Of a stretch of 24,091 nucleotides of DNA, positions 9,579 through 18,874 are shown piece after piece. Every line of letters begins with the position of its first letter. Position 1 is the stretch's first letter. Below the pieces are notes generated by a model. That model worked only from the letters and a program-made list of their open reading frames with translations. It had not been told where the DNA came from and ran no database searches. The DNA is from Bdellovibrionota bacterium FG-1 (lineage in GTDB: Bacteria; Bdellovibrionota; UBA1018): NCBI GenBank assembly GCA_051382295.1, contig JBBCAW010000035.1:1-24091 (forward strand), read 5' to 3'. The translations under genes were made by a program, and so were the position numbers.

Positions 9579-10399
9579 CGGGAGCCCTCCACGCTGGGTT
9601 TCGGCGGTGGCACCGACATTTTTGATTTAACGCGAAACGCGTTGGCGTCTTGACTGACAAGTTTCTCGATTTCGAGATACCAACGGCGTCCGGCTTGCGG
9701 CGGAATGAGCTTAAGCACCATTTCGATCACGATGTCTGTTGCGCCAATGTGCTCGTTGTTGACGAAGGAGTCTTTTCGACCAATCGCCGTGACGTGGTAA
9801 TATCCATCGCCACTGGAGCGGATCTCTTTTTCTGTAATCGAAAGAATCTGCGCGATCCCTTCGTCTTTAACTTTTGCACGCCAGGGCGCGGCCTCAAGTT
9901 CAAACTGGACGCGTAGGTCAGGACTCATACTGTCGGTCAGTCTACGGTACTGTTCCTCGATGTTGGTCGGGCTGAAGTTGCCAAAGGTCTGAAGAAATTC
10001 CATCGCGGCGTTTTGAACGTGCGAATCCGGCACGCTTTGCGGTGAAACGGCGATAAAGTCCTGCACGCCCGGCGCCAGGATGTATTCCTTGGCGCGAAGT
10101 TTGGTATTGAGTCTGTAGACTTCCCAGCGCGAGCCGAGGAAAACGACTAGAAATGCGGTCGCCAGGATCGCGAGCCAGAATTGAAGCGCGACTTTCTCTC
10201 GCAGTAGGGCCGCCTTGTAGCAGATGAACTTGGGCAATACGCGAAGATCCACACCGTCCACCACATGCGCCGGAGGTGTCTGGAGTTTCGCAGCCTCAAA
10301 GCCCTTTTCCATGGGACCGATGACATAGCTGTGTAGGAGGCGCGAGGCCTCTTGGTTCAACGTCTTGAGCGATTCTTTTGCTACGGTTTTGATTTCCAT
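9575..10399 (-). CDS. traE: TraE-like membrane protein
   Basis: Single TM followed by ILAPG...FGNFSPTNIEEQY, resembling TraE. RBS GAGGAG; gene order fits. Confidence 0.65.
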   Translation of the reverse strand: MEIKTVAKESLKTLNQEASRLLHSYVIGPMEKGFEAAKLQTPPAHVVDGVDLRVLPKFICYKAALLREKVALQFWLAILATAFLVVFLGSRWEVYRLNTKLRAKEYILAPGVQDFIAVSPQSVPDSHVQNAAMEFLQTFGNFSPTNIEEQYRRLTDSMSPDLRVQFELEAAPWRAKVKDEGIAQILSITEKEIRSSGDGYYHVTAIGRKDSFVNNEHIGATDIVIEMVLKLIPPQAGRRWYLEIEKLVSQDANAFRVKSKMSVPPPKPSVEGSR

Positions 10400-10408
10400 G
10401 ATTGCTCC

Positions 10409-10720
10409 TCAGTCTGATACGCGACGGCGCATTCCCGGATTGACCAGGCCAGGTAGGTGCATCTTGAAGCGCCGATAGGGGTAATGAAATGCCATCCCCT
10501 TGTTGAAGTTGCGCCGCACGTAGGGGAGCCCGATCAGCGTAACGGCAAGCGAAAGGCAGAGCAGAAACCACTCGTAAAAGAGCACGCCGAGCACCAGGAT
10601 CAGGAATAGCGCAACGAAGATCTCGGAAAGCTCCCAGACATCAAAGAGCGTGATCGGGGAATCGAGGGTCTGACTCACTGGACGCCCCAGAGTGCGGCGA
10701 AGCTCGGAGTAATCATGCAT
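10409..10720 (-). CDS. traL: TraL-like small membrane protein (103 aa)
   Basis: SQTLDSPITLFDVWELSE, two hydrophobic segments and a basic tail. ATG at 10720 overlaps the pilin stop codon. Confidence 0.7.
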   Translation of the reverse strand: MHDYSELRRTLGRPVSQTLDSPITLFDVWELSEIFVALFLILVLGVLFYEWFLLCLSLAVTLIGLPYVRRNFNKGMAFHYPYRRFKMHLPGLVNPGMRRRVSD

Positions 10721-11231
10721 CGGTTCGGCCCCTATCACGAAGCAGCGCGAGCCTGGCGTTGCCGGTCTCACGTTCCTGCATCGAGAACACGCTGTCGGCA
10801 CCGCCGATTGAAAAAATGTTTTTCACCCAGGTCGGCGCGGTTCCAAACAGAATGGCGGCGATCATAGAAATGACGGCCGGACCAAAGCGCATTTCCTTGA
10901 GGCTCCAGCCTGCGCCGAAGATGCAAAGACCGGCGAGAACTCGCGCCGTCCACTTGAAGATCCCGGTGTCCACGAAACGCAGCAGCGTTCCGGCACTTTC
11001 CATCTTGGCCGATATGTCCTCTCCGGGGAGGCGGCCATCGGCCAGTGCCGGGACCGTGTGGAAGAGCACAAAGGCTGAGAGGGCTGCCAATACGAAATAG
11101 AAGAACAGCGGCGCCCAGCGCTCCAGGCCCTCCGTGAGTCGTTCCGACTGAGAATCGCTATAAGCATCGCTCGGCGTGGGCGGTGCGGCCGTTTCGATCG
11201 TGGTCGTTGTTTTCCTGATCACCTGATCCAT
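10713..11231 (-). CDS. Conjugative pilin precursor (TraA/VirB2-like)
   Basis: Long leader ending VPALA, two hydrophobic helices separated by KEMR. RBS AAAGGAGA; first gene of the A-L-E-K-B-V-C order. Confidence 0.65.
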   Translation of the reverse strand: MDQVIRKTTTTIETAAPPTPSDAYSDSQSERLTEGLERWAPLFFYFVLAALSAFVLFHTVPALADGRLPGEDISAKMESAGTLLRFVDTGIFKWTARVLAGLCIFGAGWSLKEMRFGPAVISMIAAILFGTAPTWVKNIFSIGGADSVFSMQERETGNARLALLRDRGRTDA

Positions 11232-11295
11232 GAAATCTCCTTTCACGGGGGCCGGTGTGTTTACGTCTCATCCGGTCCCTGTGATGGGGGATATG

Positions 11296-11310
11296 TGCAA
11301 GGGCGTGCCA
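11296..11310 (-). promoter_or_regulatory. Sigma54-like -24/-12 motif TGGCACGCCCTTGCA upstream of the pilin operon
   Basis: Matches TGGCAC...TTGCA, with an identical copy at 22710-22724. The GG-GC spacing is 9 nt, one short of canonical. Confidence 0.6.
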
Positions 11311-11374
11311 ACTTATGGCGTTTTGGTGATGTTTGATAAGGCGTTGTTTTGTTTGGGATCAGCGGTGATCGCGG

Positions 11375-11413
11375 AGTCTCAAGCGTGAGACTGAGTCTCG
11401 GGGAGTCTCATTC
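11375..11413. repeat. 39-bp box AGTCTCAAGCGTGAGACTGAGTCTCGGGGAGTCTCATTC, copy 1; putative activator-binding site
   Basis: Identical to 22789-22827. Contains the palindrome AGTCTCA-N4-TGAGACT plus two further AGTCTC units. Confidence 0.85.
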
Positions 11414-11448
11414 AACGCAACCGCACCGAAAGGAGCGAGAGGTGAAGA

Positions 11449-12159
11449 TCAGGCTGTTTTCCTGGCGATCAGAATGGTTCGCACCAGTTCGTCCGAGTCC
11501 ACGGGCTTGGCCAGATGCGCCTGGAACCCAGCCGACAAAGCCAACTCCCGACTTTGCGAATCGGCATAGGCGGTCAGAGCTACGGCTGGAGTGTGGCCAC
11601 CCATTTCAGGACTGAGTTTTCGAATCTTTCGGATCAGGCTGTAGCCATCCTCCAGCGGCATCGCAATGTCGCTCACGATCACATCAGGCTTGGACTTTTC
11701 GAATTCTGCAATCGCCTCTGGCACTGACGAGGCCAATTTGACCTGTGCTCCAAAAGAAGAAAGCATTTCCCTTATCGAAGTCAGTGTACTTGCTTCGTCG
11801 TCCACGAAAAGCACACGAACCCCGGAAAGATCAATTCGGTCTGAAGGTTTCTTTCTATCCGTGTAACCGGAGGCTGGCGTTGGTGGGGACACATCGTAGG
11901 CATCCCCAGTGAAGCGCGAGGCTGCACCGAGCGGAAATGTTACTATGAATGTCGCGCCTTTTCCCTCGCCCTCGCTCTGTGCCTCGACCATTCCGCCCTG
12001 AAGTTTTACCAAGCGTTGAACAAGTGCCAGCCCAAGCCCCAAACCCCCGTGCACACGAACGCTCGAAGAGTCGGCCTGAGAAAACTGTTCAAAAATATGA
12101 GGCAGGAAATCGGCCGAAATTCCCTTTCCAGTATCCCGAACGCGGATCTGTGCGTTGCG
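11449..12159 (-). pseudogene. C-terminal part of the IS-interrupted hybrid histidine kinase (end of HATPase plus receiver domain)
   Basis: VRDTGKGI, IFEQF and GGLGLGL boxes. Receiver motifs VLFVDD, SDIAMP, ALTA and KPV. Confidence 0.92.
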
Positions 12160-12164
12160 TGTTC

Positions 12165-12327
12165 CGTCCCAGCAACCCGACGGCAGTTTAGCTGAGGTTA
12201 TTCCCACATAGTCGACGACACTTTTGGGGCCCCCATTCCCAGATATCCGACGACAGTTGGGATGGGGTCATTCCCAGATAAACGACGACACTTTCCGGGG
12301 TTCCATTCCCAGATAGACGACGACACC
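12165..12327 (+). repeat. Five IS21 subterminal repeats (TCCCAGATANNCGACGACA-like) at a 35-bp period
   Basis: Units begin at 12165, 12200, 12235, 12270 and 12305. Two inverted copies lie at the right end (about 14804-14852). Confidence 0.9.
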
Positions 12328-12385
12328 TGATTTCTTTTGCATTGCGGTGCGGCGGTGTTCCCTTCGACGAGAGGGGGATCATCGG

Positions 12386-13993
12386 ATGACACGGCAGACA
12401 AGGAAAAGGTTGATGGACCGCAGGATCGTGGAGCTATTTTTACAGGGCAAGAGCGCGCGCGAAATCATGCGGCAGCTCGGGACGGGAGACCGCCGCGTCA
12501 GCAAGGTGCGATGCCTGGCCGAGGAGTATGGGTATCTGCTGCGCCGAGGCGCTACGGGCACTCCGGGAGTACCGCTGCCGCCGTATCCGGAGGCGCTGTT
12601 TCCGGACGGCCCCGATGGCCGCGCCAGCAAGGCATCAGAGGCCAACACCCTGATCCTGGCTCGGCGGCCATGGATCGCTGAGCGCCTGCTCGCGGGCTGG
12701 CACCCCATCACGGTGTACGAGGAACTGGGTATCCCGGTCAGCCGCTCGAGCTTTTACCGGTTTTTGCACCGCCACGCCCTGTGCGAGCTGGGCGATAACG
12801 CCCGCAAGCGTGTGGTGCCTGAGATCCGCCATCGTCCGGGCGAGGCGCTGGTGCTGGACTGGGGCAAACTCCGTGACGTAGTTGATCCCGCGACCGGCAA
12901 GAAAAGGACGCTCTGGGCCTTTGTCGGCGTGCTGGGCTACTCGCGCTTCATGATGGTCAGGCTGGTCTGGACCAATGAGACCCGTCTCACGCTCACGGCC
13001 ATTGAGGACATGCTGCGCGAGATCGGCGGCGTTCCCGAGCGCGTGACCTCCGACAATCCCAAATGCTTTGCGCTCGAAGCCTCCCGATACGAGCCGCTAC
13101 TGAATCCCGCCTTTGAGCGGATGGCCGGCCACTACGGGATGCGCATCGAGTGTCTTCCGCCGGCAGATCCCCAGAAAAAAGGCAAAGTTGAGCGACTCAT
13201 GCCCTATGTACGCAGGCTCTATGAGGCCCACGGCGAGGCTTGGCACGGGATTGACGAATCTCAAGCCTATCTCGACCGAAAAGTGGCCCTGGCCAATGAG
13301 CGCATGCACGGCACCACGCGGATGAAGCCCCTCGAACAATTGCTGCAGGTCGAGGCCGCGCACCTCAAGCCCTTGCCCGCGCTTGCCTACGCGCCAGAAG
13401 AAGTTTCTGACGGCAAGGTCCGGCGCGACGGGCACGTTCGCTTTGACAGCAAGTACTATTCGCTCGACGAGAGTTTCATCGGAAAAACGGTCTTAATCCT
13501 GGCCTCCGCCTCCCAGGTCTCGCTCTACCACGAGGGCAAGCTCGCGGAGGTTCATGAGCGGATTCCCGTAAATGACCCCTCCCGCTCGAAATCGACCAAG
13601 CCGCATCATCTCAAACCCTGGGAGCGGGAGATGAAAGACGGCTCGCTCTACCGGCGGCGCGCCCAGGCGCTGGGGCCCGATGTGGATCAATTCGTTCTAC
13701 AGCTTCTCAATCAAGGCGATGGCTTCATCGACACCCGAAAAATCTGGGGCGTTCTCAGCTTTGATAAATCCTTCACCCCGGCCCAAATTAACGAGGCCTG
13801 CAGGCAAGCCCTGGCGCTGGGCACGTTGAGTTACCGCATGGTCAAATCCCTGCTCAAACTCTTGCCGACCCAACCCGTAGGTCAGGGGGCGGCGGACGCC
13901 GGCACATTCCCGGAGTCCCATCGGGAAAATAACTCCAACAAGTTCGTCAGGCCGATGTCGGTCTACGAGGAGCAGCTCAGGCTGCTTCATTAA
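12386..13993 (+). CDS. istA: IS21-family DDE transposase
   Basis: N-terminal HTH, VLDWG, TSDNPK, KGKVER and HGTT motifs. ATG at 12386 follows GAGGGGG. Confidence 0.95.
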   Translation: MTRQTRKRLMDRRIVELFLQGKSAREIMRQLGTGDRRVSKVRCLAEEYGYLLRRGATGTPGVPLPPYPEALFPDGPDGRASKASEANTLILARRPWIAERLLAGWHPITVYEELGIPVSRSSFYRFLHRHALCELGDNARKRVVPEIRHRPGEALVLDWGKLRDVVDPATGKKRTLWAFVGVLGYSRFMMVRLVWTNETRLTLTAIEDMLREIGGVPERVTSDNPKCFALEASRYEPLLNPAFERMAGHYGMRIECLPPADPQKKGKVERLMPYVRRLYEAHGEAWHGIDESQAYLDRKVALANERMHGTTRMKPLEQLLQVEAAHLKPLPALAYAPEEVSDGKVRRDGHVRFDSKYYSLDESFIGKTVLILASASQVSLYHEGKLAEVHERIPVNDPSRSKSTKPHHLKPWEREMKDGSLYRRRAQALGPDVDQFVLQLLNQGDGFIDTRKIWGVLSFDKSFTPAQINEACRQALALGTLSYRMVKSLLKLLPTQPVGQGAADAGTFPESHRENNSNKFVRPMSVYEEQLRLLH

Positions 13994-14015
13994 TCAAAAA
14001 CAAAAAAGGACCCAC

Positions 14016-14786
14016 ATGAATCCAGAAATAGTGAAATCACTCCTGACTGACCTCCGCCTGCATACCGCGGCTCGCGAATTGGAACCCGTGCTCGCCAATC
14101 AGAAGAAAGCGGTCAGCCTCGGCTGGGCGTCCGACCTCCTGGGCCGAGAAATTGATTTCAGGCGTGAAAAGAGCCTAAAACACCGCCTCAAAACCGCCCG
14201 CTTCCCTGAGATCACGACACTTGAGGGCTTTGACTTCAGCTTCAACCCGGACATCGACGAGGAAAAAATCCGGGACCTCGCCACCCTGAAGTTCATGGAT
14301 CAAAATCAGATCGCGCTGTTTCTGGGCGCTCCCGGCGTGGGCAAAACCCATCTCGCGCTAGCCATCGGGCTTTTGGCCGTGCAGGACGGCCGGCGGGTCT
14401 ATTGCACGAGCGCCAAGCGCCTGGCCCAGGAAATTATGCTGGGAAAACAGCGCGGGCTTCTTGATCTGGTTTTTAAACGCCTGCTTTCGGCCCACCTCTG
14501 GATCATTGATGACTGGGGTGTCGTCTCGATGAGTCGCGAAGTGGCCGAGGAGATCTTTGATCTGATGGACCGCCGTAAACACAGCTCGGCCATGATCCTC
14601 ACCAGCAATCGCGACGTGAGCGAATGGGCACAGGTCTTCCCCGATCAGATCATCGCCAACGCCACGGTCGACCGGATCTTCGATCGGGCCCGCATCGTGC
14701 TTTTCAAAGGCGAGAGTTACCGCCTGAAAGGACGAATTCAGGCAAAGGATTTAAAGGGGGTTGACGAGATCGTCACAAAACACTAA
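14016..14786 (+). CDS. istB: IS21 helper AAA+ ATPase
   Basis: LEGFDFSF, Walker A GAPGVGKTHLA, IIDDWG, ILTSN and GESYR motifs. Confidence 0.95.
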   Translation: MNPEIVKSLLTDLRLHTAARELEPVLANQKKAVSLGWASDLLGREIDFRREKSLKHRLKTARFPEITTLEGFDFSFNPDIDEEKIRDLATLKFMDQNQIALFLGAPGVGKTHLALAIGLLAVQDGRRVYCTSAKRLAQEIMLGKQRGLLDLVFKRLLSAHLWIIDDWGVVSMSREVAEEIFDLMDRRKHSSAMILTSNRDVSEWAQVFPDQIIANATVDRIFDRARIVLFKGESYRLKGRIQAKDLKGVDEIVTKH

Positions 14787-14857
14787 CTGACAGCACTCAA
14801 ATCAGGTGTCGTCGGATATGTGGGACGATACTGCCGTCGGAAATCTGGGACGTGACA

Positions 14858-16558
<1,701 letters not shown>

Positions 16559-16932
16559 AACCTGGCCTCCTGAGGTACTATTGGATCAATGGGGTTCTTG
16601 ATCGCATCGTTAGGCGAGGATGGTGCGTGGTGAGGCATCATTCGAAAACAATAATGTGCAATTTTAGAACCCATGCAAACCCTCGAAAGGCCGGGCAAAA
16701 TGCGCGCAGACCCCGCGTGCTATATAATTCAATTTGTTCCGTTAAAACAGCGTAAACAGGAGCTGTCGGGCATCTTTGCGGATAACGTTCTTGCTTTTTC
16801 ATCCGTGTTTAACCCGCTCGAAACAAGGGTGAGGGAATGGGTGTGTGCCACATCCGAAGCGGTGCGTTACTTGACTTTGGGACATCTTGGCCGTTTTCAG
16901 TCCTCGGAAGCATGTTTTTGGAGTCAGGATGG

Positions 16933-17775
16933 CTATTTTTGGACAGGGGCCGGCGGGATTTCTCGCGTATTTGCTTTCTCTGAAAGGGCAGCGAGGACGG
17001 TTGGCGCCGGCTGATACCCCTGCATCTTGAAAAACGACTTTGCCTTGAGATCCCCAACCAACAACACCGGCACCGCCTGGATGCCATAGGTTTTCAGCTC
17101 CTCCGGCGACGCGTCCGTTACTGGGAAAGGGATGCGCGCTCGAATCGAGCGATCCTGGTCAATTTGCCGAAGCTCCACGTAATACCCTCGTGCCGCAAGC
17201 TCCGACATGGTGCCAATCATCCGCTGGCAATGCGGACAGTGGGAATCAAAATAAAGCCGCAGCCGAAAACGCTTTGCATCCGGTGCCACCGCCGACGGTT
17301 TTTCAACCCGCGCCGCCACTTTTGCCATCATTTCAGGGTTGTCCGATAGGCCTGTCGAGTAGGGGCTCGGCAGCGCACTCACCTTGGACGGGTTTCGCTG
17401 CGCGTATTCTGTGAGCCTTTCCTGGAGTCGGTGAAGCGTTGTGTTTTTCAGCTCGATATAGCGATACCAACGCTCGATATTCTCGTTCGTGGGGTTTCGA
17501 GCGATCTCGACGAACGGCGCTGGGGGCGTGTAGTCGCCCTCGCGAAAGAATTCGTCGTGCGCGGGATTGAGGTATTTGTCCCAGGCAAAACCCTTGGTAG
17601 GAACGCCGGCTGGACGGGACACCTTAGGCAGGATCGGGGTCGGCGGCGTGCTCTGGTCTGCGCGGCTCCAATAGTCGATGTCAGGTTTGGAGAAATACTG
17701 GAATTCATCGTCAGCGTAGGACGCCGACGTCAGGAGCGACGCTAATCCAACAAACGTCGCCAATCTACTCCACAT
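16933..17775 (-). CDS. traF: TraF/TrbB-like exported thioredoxin-fold protein (280 aa)
   Basis: Signal peptide from ATG 17775, ARNPTNENI (TraF-like), YFDSHCPHC (CxxC) and YGIQAVP (cis-Pro loop). Confidence 0.72.
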   Translation of the reverse strand: MWSRLATFVGLASLLTSASYADDEFQYFSKPDIDYWSRADQSTPPTPILPKVSRPAGVPTKGFAWDKYLNPAHDEFFREGDYTPPAPFVEIARNPTNENIERWYRYIELKNTTLHRLQERLTEYAQRNPSKVSALPSPYSTGLSDNPEMMAKVAARVEKPSAVAPDAKRFRLRLYFDSHCPHCQRMIGTMSELAARGYYVELRQIDQDRSIRARIPFPVTDASPEELKTYGIQAVPVLLVGDLKAKSFFKMQGYQPAPTVLAALSEKANTREIPPAPVQK

Positions 17776-18871
17776 GCAATGCCTCGAAAACGTCGACTTC
17801 ACCTTGGCGAGCCAGCTCGATTGCCGCGTCTCGCAACGGCTGGGTAGGTGCCGCCCGATCGCCGGACGTCCGGGAGCACTCAAGATATTCGAAAACCGGC
17901 ACGCGCGATGCGATTCCCCTGGTGCAATGAGCGCATCCTTCCGGATTTCGCTTCTTAAATCCGTCCGCGTGTCCGAGGAGCGCGATACCACGGCGGCGGT
18001 CCTCGACGCTCAGGGGTTGGCGACAGTGCGTGCAGAGGCGCCCCATGAGGCGCTGGGCCGAGCTAAATCGCAGGCACGACGCGGCCAGATCCTCGCGAAC
18101 ACCAAGACCGGCCAGGCGACGACTGACCTCGGAGGCATTATTCGCGTGGAGGGTCGAAAGCACCAGGTGGCCGGTCGCGGCCGCTTGAAAACAAAGATCT
18201 GCTGTCACTGAATCGCGAACCTCACCTACGAGGATGACGTCTGGATCTTGCCGGAGCATGGCGCGCAGCGCGTCGGCGAAGGCGAGCTTGGAAGTTACCT
18301 GCACCTGCGTGATACCGGGGAAGGTGTATTCAACTGGATCTTCGATCGTCACGATGTTCAGCCGCCGCCGATCGAGCGCGGCCAGAGCGGAATATAGTAG
18401 TGTGGTTTTTCCGCTCCCCGTGGGGCCGCTAATGAGGTTCACTCCGGTCCGGTGCTCTAACGCGCGCTGAATTGCCTGGACGGCACCAGTATTGAGCCCG
18501 ATCGAGTTCAGATCAAATTGACGTGTCTGGTCCAGCAGGCGCAAGACCAGTTTTTCGCCATGAAGCGACGGCACCAGGTTGACGCGTACATCGAGCTTGA
18601 GGTCGGGCATCGACAGGCGCGCGTCTTGGGCGCGCCCGGCGATCGCGAGCGAACACTGCGAGAGCTGCTTGGCCTCTTGGAGCATGGCACTTTTGTGCGC
18701 CGCTGGAATATACTTCCACGGGGTCAACTCGCCATGAATCCGAAAGCGGATCTCGACACCTTCGCGTTCGGGTTGAATATGTATGTCCGAGGCTTTTGCG
18801 GCAGCGGCGCTGGCGATCATGTCTCGATAGAGGCTTGCATAAGGGCTTTCGCGGCCAAGTTCGATACCCAT
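17765..18871 (-). CDS. PilB/GspE-family traffic ATPase lacking the large N-terminal domain
   Basis: ASDIHIQP, GPTGSGKTT, TIEDPVE, LRQDPDVILVGEVRD, TGHLVLSTLHAN and the Cys4 motif CTHC...CAHC. Confidence 0.92.
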   Translation of the reverse strand: MGIELGRESPYASLYRDMIASAAAAKASDIHIQPEREGVEIRFRIHGELTPWKYIPAAHKSAMLQEAKQLSQCSLAIAGRAQDARLSMPDLKLDVRVNLVPSLHGEKLVLRLLDQTRQFDLNSIGLNTGAVQAIQRALEHRTGVNLISGPTGSGKTTLLYSALAALDRRRLNIVTIEDPVEYTFPGITQVQVTSKLAFADALRAMLRQDPDVILVGEVRDSVTADLCFQAAATGHLVLSTLHANNASEVSRRLAGLGVREDLAASCLRFSSAQRLMGRLCTHCRQPLSVEDRRRGIALLGHADGFKKRNPEGCAHCTRGIASRVPVFEYLECSRTSGDRAAPTQPLRDAAIELARQGEVDVFEALHVE

Positions 18872-18874
18872 TGC

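Larger units (their letters stand above)
12160..14857 (+). mobile_element. IS21-family insertion sequence, 2698 bp
   Basis: TG...CA ends, 28-bp terminal IRs matching at 22/28, GTTGCG duplicated at 12154-12159 and 14858-14863, istA-istB inside. Confidence 0.95.

Noticed and set aside
12165..12327. Regularly spaced repeats resembling a mini CRISPR array
   Set aside because: The spacers are only about 13 bp, the repeats are degenerate and match the IS21 terminal IR, inverted copies occur at the other IS end, and no cas genes are present.
14783..14857. C-terminal tail CHVPDFRR...SAVS of the 591-aa kinase ORF
   Set aside because: It is read-through into the IS right end and is not native kinase sequence.
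16559..16932. 374-bp intergenic region as an oriT, ncRNA or small gene
   Set aside because: I recognised no nic motif, stable structure or supported ORF.
17776..17991. 5' extension of the traF-like ORF to 352 aa
   Set aside because: It overlaps the ATPase gene, and the signal peptide begins at ATG 17775.
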